Both the position numbers and the translations under genes were made by a program. This document shows, piece by piece, positions 27,201-41,100 of a DNA stretch of 64,000 bases. The notes beneath the pieces were generated by a model. The model did no database searches. It saw nothing but the letters and a program-made list of their open reading frames with translations, and had not been told where the DNA came from. The stretch is from Oculina patagonica (Eukaryota), in NCBI RefSeq assembly GCF_052425735.1, contig NC_135760.1, forward strand, positions 12,214,001 to 12,278,000. The letters run 5' to 3'. The stretch's first letter is position 1; each line of letters starts with the position of its first letter.

Positions 27201-30200
27201 GACAAAAGGCGCAGAGGAAAAGGAGAGGAAAAAACCTGATACAATATATTCCTTTAAAGTAATCGACTTTTTACTAATTACGGAATGGTTTAACCTACCT
27301 TATTATAGGAAATTAACGATACATGTTATTAACGCGAATTTCAAAAATTCGCGTTAATTTTATTGATGTAAACACGTTTACTATAAGCATTTATCCAGAA
27401 CTTTTCTTAAATTCGCGTTAATTTTATTACGCGTAAATTTTGTTCGCGTTGTTAAAATGCTTCGTTATATTCCTATAATAAGGTATATCACTTGAGAAGC
27501 ATTCGTAAAACCCACTGCATCGCTCAGACAAGTATAGTAGCCGACCATAAAACACCTTATAATTAAATCACCTGAAAGCCAAATATTATGGGGACAACAG
27601 TTGGACAAATTGTAAAAACCTGAGGTTCACCTTTTCACGTGTGGTGTGATTCTTTTTTAAAAAAATTAGAATCCTATAGGTTGGCAAATGATTTGAATAG
27701 AGGAGGATCAGATGCTAGTCGAGTGTTGAGAATGTTACAACTCGGAATATAAATTCTCTTCACTAATTCTCATTCGCCGAAAAACAAAGAAAAAAAAACA
27801 CCCCTGGCACCCAGGGTGTGGTATGATCAATTATTTACGAGAATTTAGATTTGATGATTTCCCATATTCTCTTTACCTGTTTGTTTAGCAATTTATTGAT
27901 ATGGAAAGGCGAAAAAACATATTGTTCACTGGGCTTACCTCCTAAGCACGCCGCCCAGCAGCGAAGCATTCAGACACTCAGGATGTGAGAGACGCCTGCG
28001 GATCTCACCCACAGTAACTTTGTATTTTGATGTAGAACTGAGCAGTGACAATCTGCCTGGCACACAACAGAACACATCTGACGGATGAACAGGGCTGTCT
28101 GAGTCAGCTTCTTCCCGAGAATCGCGATCAACATGCTTTTGTTTGTGACCTGTGGCAAAGAAACAGGACACCCAACAAGAAAATTCAGTCAAAAGTCTTT
28201 GAATGCCTGTACTGTTTTAAGGGATGTTTGTGTAAACTAACACAGTTACAATCTTTTCGGATTGTCTAGCTCAATATTAAAGTAGCAGAAACTTTTATGG
28301 AACAAAATCTCGTTTCCCGATCGAATTTGCGAGCAGAAAATATAGACGGCAAACTGATCCTGACGGCTAAAGCGGTCAAAAATAATAAAGTGGATAAAAA
28401 ACTAAAATATATTGAAAAAACTTTGCCCTATATTTCAGTTTGCAATACAACTCTTCCTCAGGGGCTGGGCGGGAAAAAATGTGAGAAACGTAAAAGGATC
28501 ACAACAAAATTGCGATCGTTACATAGGATCGTTACAAATTTGTGAGCTGTTGTTAGGCTTTCCGAAAATCGTAGCTGGCGTTTTTCCATACACAAAACAA
28601 CATTTTACCTATCCGAAAACAACAACTATTGTATTTTCCATGTTACGAACGTTCGAGCCTGACATTTCACTAAAGACAATCAGAGGGCATAACAGGTCTT
28701 CCGAACAGATATCCAACGAAATGATCCTGTGAGTGCCTCTGAAAAAACGGGTTTTCTTCATCATTACACTATTATGAGCGAAGACGTCGTAGTTTGTCCT
28801 GCAGAAATACTTCGAGCAACCCTTAAAGCCTCGGTGGAAGTAATTTTAGTCTTTAGGCCTTACAAAACAAGGCTTTGACATTTTTTCAGTTTAAAATTTA
28901 CTGAAGTTCAGTTACGTCTTCATTTCAATTGTGCAACTTGGAGAACAATTGCATTTTCTAAAGTACACTGGCTTAAATCTAAAATTTGGCTATTTGCGTA
29001 TTTGAGGATTAAGTCACGGACTTTAACATTGTATTTTACATCAGACTTACACGCTAACGTTTCCTGGGTTTGCTTGTCACTCGCAAGATGCCGGCGTACA
29101 CCATTATATTGTAGCTTCTCGTTTTTATATACAACTGACTTTTTCGCGCTTTTGTTGTTTCTAACTTAAGTTTTTTGTCGTTTGTTTTAGCCGTGTGCTT
29201 CTAGCGCGCTTTTCTCTGATATCACACGATCATAGGACCTTAACAACTCAAAGACAGTTTACCCAGTTAACCGACGCGTAGCTCCAGACAGAACCAATGA
29301 AGGGTTAAGACTTTTTAGTTTTAGCTTCTATGGTCAAGTTTGATGCTGCATGAAGAGTTAAGTTAAGACCACTAAAATCTGAATTATGTATTCACCAAAA
29401 CCTTTCTTTTAACATGTTATTATAAATTCTTTTTACTGCTTTTCTTATATTTCTTTTAATGTTGGTTCTAAGAATTAAGTCAGGTTCAACAAGACAGCAT
29501 CCTCCAGTAGCTAGGTGATCTAATCACATCTCATTTTACTAACAATCTATTTTGAGGAAGAAAATTAAAACTCGACTGATTTGAAGATTCAGTTCTAACA
29601 ATGGCAAAGGGTTTTACTGTGCTTAGGCTCCCAGTATATAGGAACGTGACAAGCAATCCTGAGATAATTTTTTTTTAAACAGTTTTTATTATCTTGTTTT
29701 TTTTTTTTTTTTTCCCCCTTTTCCCCTTTTTCAACGCTTGAGAGAATATTTTGTCTGCTCCCGGCTTACGTTGCCATTAGTTTTTTTTTTTTTCACCGTT
29801 TGCGATCTAGAGCGTGCTAACCACACCTGAGCTACATGCATCACCAATTCTTTTTTTTTTTCTTAAGTGGAGTAAAATCAAGTCATATGACTTGAGGGTC
29901 ACTTATCTTGAAAGCTGAAAGCTGTATTACGTTTTACTGCCGGGTTTATTACAATGTTTTTAATGATTTAAGGTGCTTTTGGAACAAAGGTAGTGACCCG
30001 CCCATTTACACGACTCGTGGCTTTTAAATCTGGCAGCATGTTTCCCGGCGGTTAGTTCAAAGCTACCACTTTAATATCTACAAGCCTGTGAATAACTTTC
30101 CCCGATTTTAATATAGTTCTCCGAATTAAAGATCATTTAAAAATATCCCGGCATTAAAGGACAAAGCCTTCGGAACCGGTAGATCATAAACAGAGACAAA

Positions 30201-33200
30201 CGTTCATAAAAGAACGAATTATCTTGTTCTTGCTTTGACAAAAAATAAATAAATGCGGATATAAATTTAAAACGAAAACTTTATGGATTAAACTTTTAAT
30301 TATAAAATGGAGTTTACGAAGTTTTATTGCTTTATTAATTCGTTTTCGTTTTCATTTCACTATTTTTTGCCTATGAAAATTTAAGTCCATTGCAGTAAAT
30401 GTCACCGGGATTTGTCACAGTATTTCAACACTGTTTTTCTTCATTTTATAATTCACACCTATCTCAAAAAAAACGTTCATGTAAAATGCAGTGCTTTCAC
30501 TGTGAAGTTTTGCTCCGGACCTTTAAAACAGTTGACTCTAAAGATCGTTTTTGAGCAGTAAACAACTCGAAAGCTGTAATGTTGATGTTTTGGTATCTGA
30601 TTTAACATGCGCTATCTTGTGAGAATTACTTTGCCGGTAACCAAACATTGAAAAAAGTAAACGGTGAAACTTGAAACTTATTAATTAGCTAAAGAGAACA
30701 AAAGAACTGTACAGAAAAGGCAAACTTGAGAAGGAACGGAATATAGGATGTAATTTTACAAGCTATAACTAAATAAATCTCTAGTTATCACTGGAAAATT
30801 GAGTTGTTTATTTATTCGCGTGGAACTGAAGTGTTTAGGAATGAGACCAAAACGCACACGAGCCAGAAACAATGTGTTATTTATATTTTAGCGTAAAAGC
30901 TCTTGCCTAAAGCAGTCAACCCGGTGAATCATTGAAGCGTCTAATGGACATCAACGTTTTAACCAAACAAATGCCATGTTATTGCTGCAAGGCTGTAACA
31001 GGTTATATGGTAGAACAATTAAAAAACGAGGCTAAAGGCTTAAATAAAAGTGTTTTTAATTTGACCCTAAGGACTAACCAGTAGTAGTACTTAGCCTTAA
31101 AATTCAACATGGCGTGCTATTTATTCTAGCGTCGCCGCGTCTTAGCACGCAAGAGTGGGTTATAGCTAAAGCTGTGAGAACAATGGGACGGCGAGGGAAG
31201 AAATTAAAAGTGGTTTTAATTTGGCCCTACACAGTTACTAGGTAGCATTTAAGTGCTTTCTAAATATAAATTTCAATAAAGGGTGGGTGGATTGCAGCAT
31301 TCTAACTGTGCGCGCTGACAGCAGCCATCTCGAGGTCAAGTTCACCTCATTCTTACTGCTAAGCAGTGTTAAGAAGAAACAAGAATTAAAATGCGACTTA
31401 AGAAATGTGGTTTCTTGTCAAAACGAAAGACAAAGAAACACCTTCCCTTTGTTCGTTGCATAATGTTATGTCAGCAAGAACAACCAACGACCGCCCTTAA
31501 CGGTGTGAGGGCTATTACGAAGTTCCCAACAACGACAGGTAGAAACCCATAACGACAAAATTACAAATTCACAAACGATGCCGACACCTTAGAAAAATCC
31601 TAACAGCACTTGTTCTGGCGTCACCTCGATTAAGCTATGTTTTATGAAGGTATTTTTAGCCTTTGTGTTCGTTTAACGGTTCAAAGGTTTTTCACACAGA
31701 CATTTCACACCGTATTTCTAAGCGGGGAAAACAGTTATGTCAAAACCAGTTATAACGAATACTTAGCTTTTCTTGATTGTTGCTAAACAACTACATTAAA
31801 CTTGACTTTTAAGCAAAACATTTGATTTTGAGTGCGTTGTTTGCCCACAGTGTTCTTAAAAACAACAGGCACATGTGGATTAAAATAATTGTCTGAAGTG
31901 GGTTTTAGAAAATTCTCGATAATCTTACGAATCTTATGAATGGATGTTATATACACCATTTATCAACCAAGGGGCCTGCAAAGAACTCATCTGTTGCTGG
32001 AAAGAATTAACAATACAAATATCCAGGTTGTTTATGTTATCTAGAACCTTTTCTGACCTGACGGTTTTGAAACAGAGGGGGCATGTTTGTTTGTCTGTAT
32101 TTCATTCTTGGACCGGAGGAAAAAACTTATAGTTGCTCGTGAATTGTCTGCACTATGTCCTAGATACCAGCAAAGTATCTTATACTTGTCCGGTCAATAA
32201 GTGTTCTTGACAAAACAATAAAACACCTGACGCAAAGAAAATGCAATTTGAATACAGAAAGAAGGAAATAATCATGGTATAGGATTTCACAGAACAAAGG
32301 GTGGCTTGAAAAAGAATAGTCGAAAGAAAAGCACATGAATATTTAGAAGTAAGTGAGCCGATAGCATTGTTTGTTCTCACAGTTGGTGTTTTGGTTCAAG
32401 ATATCAAATCTTTCATCCTATAGTTGTTAGCACTTCAGTTGTCTGTAATTTGCGCGCAAGACTCCTTCAACAACAAGCTCAGTCGTCTTCTCAATTTCCC
32501 AAAATATCCGGCCAAGCTACATCTTTATCATGAAATATTTATAATTGTGTCGTTCACCTGTTCCGTTCATTTTCAACTTAAAAAGCGGCTTTCACTGTTT
32601 CCGCGCGACTTTTTCAGGCAGATGTTTTATATGCACCACGGATTAACATTGAAATAAATATAATAATAACGATAAGAATAAAAATAAAAACGGATAAAAG
32701 ACAAACAGGTTTTTTTTTCTTTTGGCAAGGCGAGCAGTTAAGACCCCGGGGTGTGAATGAAATGTTACACGGTGCAGAAAGCCATAAATGTGAAGAAAAT
32801 GTTAGTGACAACTCTTTGCGTGTGTGCAGCCTCTGGAAAATACATCAATAGTAATAAACTGTTTTGCAGAATAAAATTGCGAAAAGCACTGATATAAATG
32901 GTGCCGGTGGCGTTTGTATAGTATTAAACTGTCAACATTAAAAGTTGTTGAAAAGTTCTTGTAAAACTCGTGTCAATAAGTGTGTGTGTCAAAAGTAAAT
33001 AAATAAAATGCTTAGCTAGAGATAAACAGCGGAACAAATTGAACTGTCAAGAGCGATTTTCACATATTAATAAAAAGTGAGCTTTGGCCTTGGTTTTTGA
33101 ACTTCTCAAGTCTTAACTCGCCTGTAATTTAACGTTATTTTAATAAATTGTTCAGTAGAGAACAAGAATTCGGGAATAGCCGTTATCAAACGCCTCCAGT

Positions 33201-36200
33201 GAGTCAAATTTCACACAAATCATCCGGACATGCTAACTAGTCTAAACAGAACGAGAACCTCCAGTAGTTTGTGACCTTCGTTAATTCAATCACGTTTATA
33301 GATAAGACATACAGAAAAGATTCACACTTTGAGCAAACATTGACAGAGTCACTTTACAAGAGTATTGACAAAAGGTTAACGGAAAACTCTCGGGAAAGGG
33401 AGCGCAACTGAATATAACAACGAATAAATAATTATAGTAATAATAGTAAGCACAAAATAGGCCAATTAAGTTTTTAAGGGACGAAGCAAACTTTCAAATT
33501 GCTTTTCAACGCCTGGGGTTAACCTTTCCGTTTGTTACTCAAAATTTACAATCTTTTTCTCAAAATAAAACCAATGTGACATTTTACTTTGTATTTTTTT
33601 GGTAATGGCTAAAAATCGAGCATCAAGAAGAAGACTGTCGTTTTCGAGATGAATTTAATCTATTTGCCATTAAATGCGCAGCACAAAAAAGTCTCACTAG
33701 TAAATTAAATTTGAATTTTGCTGCTGATTTCGTAACGTGGGCAAATAAATATATTTTCAATATTTTAGTTTTAATTTTTTTCTACGGAAGATTGATGACC
33801 AAAGCTAAATATTGTCTCGTGATTAATGATAGTACAGATAAATAAAGTGCATGCATTACGCTGTAGAAAAACTGGCATCTATCTTTGTTGAAGGATATTT
33901 ATAGAAGTGTATGTCTACTATAAGAAGCCAAGGTTAAAGTGGACAGCCCGGAAAATTTTTTGGAAGCGGATCGAGAATATTTTGATCAAAGTGTCATAAA
34001 GATTGGTGTTTTTGTTTGGTTTTAAAATCCTACTTTAATCACTAATACAGGACAAATGTCCTACGCACAAGCCTGATAAACATGTTCCGTTTCCTCCTGG
34101 CTTATCAAATAGGAATTCAAAGAGAGCTTTTTAATGATTTTAAATCAAGCAATATTATTCAATTTTTCGTGTACCGTGCTTTTAGAAAACCTTCTCAGAC
34201 CTGCTAGCCATAACACTAACCTCGGCAATTTTTCTTGCCGTTTATCACAACCAATAAAAATATAAAAAATTGTAAGTCAGTTGAATAGAAGAGAAAAGTA
34301 TTAAGCTTGCAGTGAGTAAAGCACAATTTATCTAGCTTCAAATTTAGAAATGTTATAATATTTTGCCGCCGCCTGGCGCATAACAAATGGAAGTGTCTTT
34401 CATTAGTATCGCCCTACAAGTAAACAACATTTTGTTTTATATCCACATACCAAAAAAATAAAAGGGACACAAACATACAAGCTAAGGGAGTGGTCTAAGC
34501 TGTATTGCACTTACTTTCCCGTGAATTGTGGTTGCTGTGTGTATCGCCATTCTTGCTGTTAAGGGCTCCTGGTCGATGATTCTGTAGGATCGAAAAACCA
34601 AAATTTTAAACCTCTTACAAGCAGGAACAGACATTTGAAGAAATTGCGCCTAAACCTATCTCGACACACAATATAGAAAACTTATTCGCCATAACTTTGA
34701 TTTTATTTAAAATTTTACAAACAAGAAAGAATATCTAAAACCTTTGTGTTTTTCTATTACCTGACAGTCTTATTCCTTTATTGAAAAGTGTTCTTCGTGA
34801 TATCATTCCACATTAGGTGACAAAAAACTCTCTAATATAGGTGTTACTTATAACACCGTAAGATAAACTGAGCCACCTGAGAAGAAATCTATTATTGCAT
34901 GGGCTCGAAATGGGTTCGCTAATCGCTTCGTTTTTATTTCAAAGCCATGGATCTATTTAATGTCTTTCCGCCCTTTTATTGTAATTTCTGAAGCGCGTTT
35001 GGCCGGATGCCCAAGAGTTGCATTTTGTATTTGGTAATTGTCACGAGAAGGAATATTCTCAACGCGGCTTCTCGGTGTTAATCAATAAACTACTGTGCTC
35101 GCGTGTTTAAAAATCGCTTTTAAAGCTCTAAGCAAACTAAGTAAATGAGATTAGGAAACACAGTGGTATTTCACACGTTTAAAAGTGGCCGTGAAGTACT
35201 CTAGGGTCACGGTTTATGACGCTAAAACGAAATATGAATGCCTAGAAAACCGCTAAACACAACAGCCGAGCCAACTGTAAACATTAGCAGCTGGAAAGAA
35301 TTCTTTAAAGCGTTAATTCGGTAACACAGCGAAACACGAACGGGGCAAACGACCACGTTATCCGATATTCTGAATTGGATTTTTTTACCGGGTGAACAGT
35401 TGTGTGGTTGTTTTATTAATTGCTCCCCACTGCGAATCCAAAGTAAAGGCCGTCTAAACATAATCGAGACAGCCACGAGATCTGTAACCCATTCATTCCT
35501 CTTCTCGCGCCATTAATGGAAATCGAGAACACTAGTTGAGAAGGACAAATAGATTGGTAAAAATACAGTAAAAAGGCTTCCCAATATGCTGTGTAGTCCT
35601 TTCGTTTGTTAAAGCGAAAGACAACTGAATCGAGAGCATGACTTTCTCGTTTACACTTTTATCATACTAATGGATTTTTGTGGTTAGTCAGCCCAAAATG
35701 AGAACCATTTTCAAACATTATGTTCTTCGCCTTTCTTCTTAGCTTTGTCCAATGTTTGTTCTATCCTTCTTTTAAAAATCTTTAACAGCAAAGCAATTGT
35801 TACATCACTGTTTCAGTGTTTAAATCTTGCCGTTGTAAAACAGCACTGATAAACGAGTGTTTCGAATTTATTTACGTCTCCTCCCGGCATGGGGTACTTT
35901 ATGACTTCAAACAGGAGCATTTTGGTTTCGTTAAAATGTCTTTTCTTTAAAATAAGGACCTCTAATTCCGATCACACGATCTCAAGCAAGTCACGCATAA
36001 GATCTTTTGTTGGTTGATAGATTTTTTTCTTTCTTCCCATGAGTAATTTTCACCTGGAGGATCAAATCACCTGGAGGAACATATGACACGACCAAATCGT
36101 TTGTTAGGGTTTGTCGACAAAGTAGTTAGCATTTTGAAAGCTTTGTTTCCTATGAAAATAGCCCCAAGAACCATCGTTTATTAACATCAACAACGTAGCC

Positions 36201-38129
36201 TAGAAAAGCGTTGGAGCAGCGAGTGTTAGATAAACTTTTTCAATTCAAAACCGCAAGACTTCACGCTCTTGAAACCCGTTTTGTTTCGAAGGCTTAAGGA
36301 GCTCTTTGTGAGTTTTTGTTCTCGTGACTTCTGCTACCGAGTGACGTGTTATTGATCACCGCAACTGTTCCACAAAAACACACACATTGTTCAAAGTAGT
36401 AGGGAGTAAATTTCCTAGTTATCAAACTTTTTCGCGGCGCCGGTAACTCGTGAAAACAAACTAAAGTCGCATGACTGTCATCGGTTTACGCGGACTAAGC
36501 TTCGAAGGAAAACCCAAAATGTGATAAGTCGGATAAAAGCCAGGCAAATATAGCCTCGCTCATGAACAGATAGTCAAATAAAAAGGAAATTTGCGTTGAG
36601 TGTCGGCTATAAACTGCGGCAGGAATAACGCTACGGGCTTTAATAGATAATATTGACCGGAGGACTCGAAATTGTCACTTGCCCATGACCCTGAGATTGT
36701 CGCATAAGATGTAATGTTGCCCACACGCGCTTCATGGTTAAGATCAGTCAGCACTTAAATTTCACAGATCACACATGTTTACGAGTAAAACCTTATGCTA
36801 GTGGGCCTCTCAAAAACCAACTCATCTCGCATGTAGACGTTACAGGTTTGTGTTTTAAGAAAACGCCTGAGTTAAGCATTTTGTGCGAAGCGTTGTTTGA
36901 GATTTTTGCCATCGCATGTTGTTATGGCGTTGCGTCACTTTCTTTAAGTTAGCCAAATGGCGGCAAGAATTTGCCAAGCGCGCCAAGAGTACAGGTTTGT
37001 TATTCTTTAGGATTAGGAAAAGTGTGCAGTGCGTGACTACAAGAACAAGACTGAAATATTCCGTTACCTGCGATTCTTGCAGGTTTCCCGGTGCCATCAT
37101 ATCCGCGATCAACATGTCAGGCCTTCTCACGGCTGAGTAACGTTCCTCCATTCGCCTCGCGTGTTCCATGGCGGCTCCAGCAGCAAACTGATTCATGTGC
37201 ACTTGTTGTAGAGCGTCCATCCGAGCGGGATGTCTTGCTTGATGCTGCGACACTGGTTGAGGATGTGTTGGACCGGTCATGGTCGGATGTGGCGCTCCAG
37301 CTGATGCTGGGTGAAATCCCGCGGGTCCATTACCGAATTGCTGTGAATGTGCTGTTGGAAACGGCTCAAGAGGATGAGTAAAGTCGAACCTCGGCTGCTG
37401 TTGCTGTTGATAGTGTAATGGGTTATACTGCGGAGCATAGTACTGGTGTGTTTGAGGCTGCATCGGCGAAGGCAAAACCTCACGGAAATCGTGAGGCGGT
37501 GTGTGTGAAAGGCGAGGAGCGCACGAAACTAACCCTGCACTGGTTACATTGGCTGAAGGTGAACTCACGACTCCTGTTCCTCCGCTAACAGTGCTTACGC
37601 CATGTAGCCCAAGGACTCGATCCTGCGAAGCAACAAACGCATATGGGGTTAATAAGTCTATTATCTAATGAAAATAGCTTGCGTAGTGTTATACCGGTGT
37701 GACACTAGCGCGCTCACGACATCGGTTGGGAACTGAAGGTGGATTTCAAAGACACGGACCGCTAGTAATTTAGCTCACCGCCATCTGACGACTCGACGAA
37801 CGGCCGGTTTTGTGAGTCTGTTGAACGAGAAAACGGCTCAGGCTTAAGTCGCTCGTGGATCAAGTGTATTTTGACAAGTGTGAACAGCGATGAGCTGGCC
37901 GCCACTTGACATGGTTTACAGAATAGACTTATATCCTTACCTCGGAATCGATCAACTCGAAGGCGGATGTCGACGTTTCTGTTCGCTTTGAATGAGATGA
38001 GGAAGGAGATAGAGGAGTCAATGGCGGTGACAAGTCACGAGTTTGCGATCGTTTTCTCTTACTGCCTGCTTGCCTCGGTGCTGCTTGAGTTGTACTGTTC
38101 GTACCTAAAGGGCCCAACTGGGACGTCAT
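24288..38129 (-). CDS. TFAP2: Transcription factor AP-2 (TFAP2 family)
   Basis: Exons 38129-37941, 37622-37068 (DR...[12 protein letters not shown], Pro/Gln-rich), 34581-34515, 28149-27939 ([46 protein letters not shown]), 26578-26460 ([40 protein letters not shown]), 25307-25166 ([19 protein letters not shown]) and 24558-24288 (THGFGSPA...*). All phases are consistent. The choice of first exon is less certain. Confidence 0.95.
25325..25603 (-). mobile_element. tRNA-derived SINE in TFAP2 intron
   Basis: Minus strand GGGGAGCAGGGATGGCGCAGTGG (A box) ... GGTTTGATTCC (B box), a ctccggttttcctccc core and an AT-rich tail. Confidence 0.85.
25642..25854. mobile_element. MITE with ttcacg repeats and a 6-bp TSD
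   Basis: ATGAAG|GAGGATACCAAAGGG...CCCTTTGCCCCCCTC|ATGAAG. Confidence 0.6.
25928..25965 (+). mobile_element. Penelope-like terminal remnant with a degenerate hammerhead core
   Basis: tTGACGAaagggctaacgctcGAAAcGTCagc. Confidence 0.55.
26134..26350. repeat. Short (T)AGCCTG...CAGGCTA-type inverted-repeat element
   Basis: agcctgtgaacaggctctcc / gggagcctgttcgcaagcta. Relatives lie at about 15044-15148 and 58856-58931. Confidence 0.55.
27296..27485. mobile_element. Small TA-flanked MITE
   Basis: taccttattataggaa / ttcctataataaggta inverted ends with internal ttcgcgtt repeats. Confidence 0.6.
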
Positions 38130-41100
38130 AATTAAGCTTAATTCACGGTCGGTGCTAAATGTTTTATAACCCCGGGCCCTACCAGTCGGTGGCACAAAAC
38201 GTTATACTGTCACGGTAGGCTGTGCTTAGCTCGGCCTTACTCCACTCCACAGCGGTGAAAGTCTTCAAGTTTATGACAATTATCGCCCGAGGGAAACCTA
38301 CTTCACGTCGCACTTCAAATACGGTTTAAATTTCGTGCAGCGGCGATGCTTTGTGTTTCGTCAGGTCGCAGCGATCACTTTTCAAAAGATGCTTCTGGGA
38401 ATTGACAGGGGCTTGAGTGGCAAGCCAGACGGATTTTAATTATTTTCTGTCGTATTAAAGTTTCCAATTATTTGCAAATCAATTGAGGCCCCCCGATGGT
38501 TTATAGTACTTGTGTACTCTTCACCTTGTTGCCGATTGGCAGATTAAGAAAGCAAATCGTATAATAATGCCATCCAACACCCAATAATCTATGGTATATA
38601 AACAGGCAGGCGGGGCCATGTCACAATTTTCACTGAGCCTTTTGTGTGTTTGCGTTCTTTGTTTGTACCATGAAGTGGGCGTGAGGACTGCCGTCAAAGC
38701 CTCTTCCAAAGCATTTGTTCACCCCAACTCCACTATGCCGTCATTAAGCATGGTAATGCTGCAAAAATCCGCTAAATTTACCGCAGATTGTAAGAAAACA
38801 ACGCTGGCGATGTGAAGCGCATATCGGCCACGCGTGATTGGTTTGGTAAATGAAAAGTGACAAAATGTTTCCTGAATCGTGACTGAAAGTCGGGAATGGT
38901 TTGTGCTCTAAATTATACCAGATTAGATGTCGGTTTCCTTTGATGTTCATATGCGCAACATAACAAGATAAAAGGAGGCTCTGAGACTTTTAACTTTAGG
39001 TCAAAGAAAATTGCTAAGGCCTCAAAAGAACGCCCACAAAAGGCACGGGGCCATATGTTTATACGAGTTAAAACGATCGGCTTTTCTGGGTGATGAGAAG
39101 CTATTGCTAGACGTAACGCACTAGTGCGCGCGACCGACCATTAAAACATGTTTCTTGTAGGTCATCTATCTTTATATCTCTGTTTTGAAGTGCTTGTAAA
39201 CATTGAGTACTTTTAAGGCTAAACATTGGTGACTTTCTATAGTGTTCTTTTCTTACTTGAGGCCTAAATGTTGAACAGATTTGATTAATTATTCAATAAA
39301 TAGCTTCTTTTATTTCATTATGTCAGCAAGTTGTCGTAATGACTTCTACACTCAAAGCAAAAAAAACTCTTGGTCCCCTAAAATCCTTTCCGAATAAAGG
39401 AAACCGCTAGATGCTGTCTGATGTAAGGCTACTCGTGAATGGCTTAAAACATCTGTTGGGCTTGTAAAAGTATTCTAGAATCTTTGATCGATCAAGAGTC
39501 TCTCGCACGCGCTCACTGCCAGTTATTGCTAGATCACACAGTAATTGTTCCTTGTTTACAAGTGCTTAGAATTTGGAAAGCCGAGAAAATTGCTCGATAT
39601 AATTATCCCCAAAGGATAAGCCGGATATTTTGAACCAAAACAGATCAATATTGAACTGCAGATCACCAATATTTGAGATTGAGTTAGCCGACAACCAAAC
39701 AACTGTTTGCCAACAAGTACTTAAATGAACTTTTCGGTAAACATTTACAGCTTAACCTTTCAACAATTCCGCGCGCTCAGTTTTATGTGGCATTATAGCC
39801 TCTTTCAAAAGAGAACACACAACAAAACCAAAGCAACCATAATTGGCACACTGCTAGCGTGTTATTCAAATATAATGTTCATTCAAAGAACCCCGCAGAT
39901 GTAGGCTTTTGTCGTAGGACTTCAAAATCATGTTATTTATTCTAAGGCATGGGCCTCACGCTGTGTCGACATATCCACACTCAATTCACAGTCAAACACA
40001 AGTTTTCCGCAAAAAAATTCTGTCGAAGCCACCAAAAAAAAGGTGATCTTTTGTTTCTTAGCAGCTGAGGAAAATTATATAGCGGCAAAGTTTTGTAGAA
40101 ATAATCTATATGCTAATTTTATCTTTCAAGTTTGGCTACATCGTTTGCCGAGTCACGAAACATGATACATCCTTTGCGGGAAGATTTTCACACTTTGTGA
40201 TTGACAAATAACAATAATGAGATGATTGAAGACTATTCTCGGACAAAACCAAGAGGAAGAAAATGTCTTTTTTCGTTAAAACGTGCCTTTTCGTAGTCTC
40301 TTTTGCTATATTTGCATATTTCTCCGACACGTAGACAATGAATAAAATGTTTAGGCTCTAACCAGCGGAGCTGGTATAAAGAGAATTCAAAAATGTTTTT
40401 TGTCCCAAGATTTTAGGAGGCTAAGCCTTATTTGCACAAAGTTGATTTCCTTCCGATCTAAAAGTCGATTTCATTTTAGCTGTTTTTTAAAGGCGGACAC
40501 GATTTCAAAATAAAACAAAAAAATTCGAGCAATAAACTTCGATAGCACCTCAATAGAAGTCAACTTGCCCTTGCATGTAAAGCGAAAAGTTTTAACTGAC
40601 AGACCATCAATCATCAAACCAGACGGGAAAAAAATATAAATACATTTTGCTATATTTTTTTAGAGCTACAAGGATTGGTTTGTCGTGATGATTTATGTTA
40701 ATTGTTTGTTTTATCAATCCTCCCTATGCTTCAGTGACACTCTAACACAATATTTCAGTGTGCCGAACATTTTGTTTTGTTGATTCACAGCATAAGGCGC
40801 GCGACTTTGATACATCGAGGTTTAATAGCACACGAGTTCGCCTTCTTTTGTTACATGTACATACACATCAAACAAACACATGTTTAGCCAGCTTGATCGC
40901 ACGTCTTGTCACCGGAAAAAAGGTTTAGAGTATCGCCTTACTTGATTTCAGGTTTCCCTGTCAAACCTCTTACGTTTCAATCACACGCAGCTACAAAATC
41001 ACTTTAGCACACTTCGATACTTCTAAACACCTTGTAGTCCGTTTTATTTCACGAGCGGATTAGACTAGTCGCTAAATCTTCAGCGGAGGGGTTACAGGGT

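Noticed and set aside
29930-30340. Cluster of TTTAT/TTTAC homeodomain-like sites
   Set aside because: It cannot be separated from AT-rich background without conservation data.
38521-38709. Further TFAP2 coding first exon
   Set aside because: The donor falls in phase 2, which is incompatible with exon 2. At most it is non-coding.
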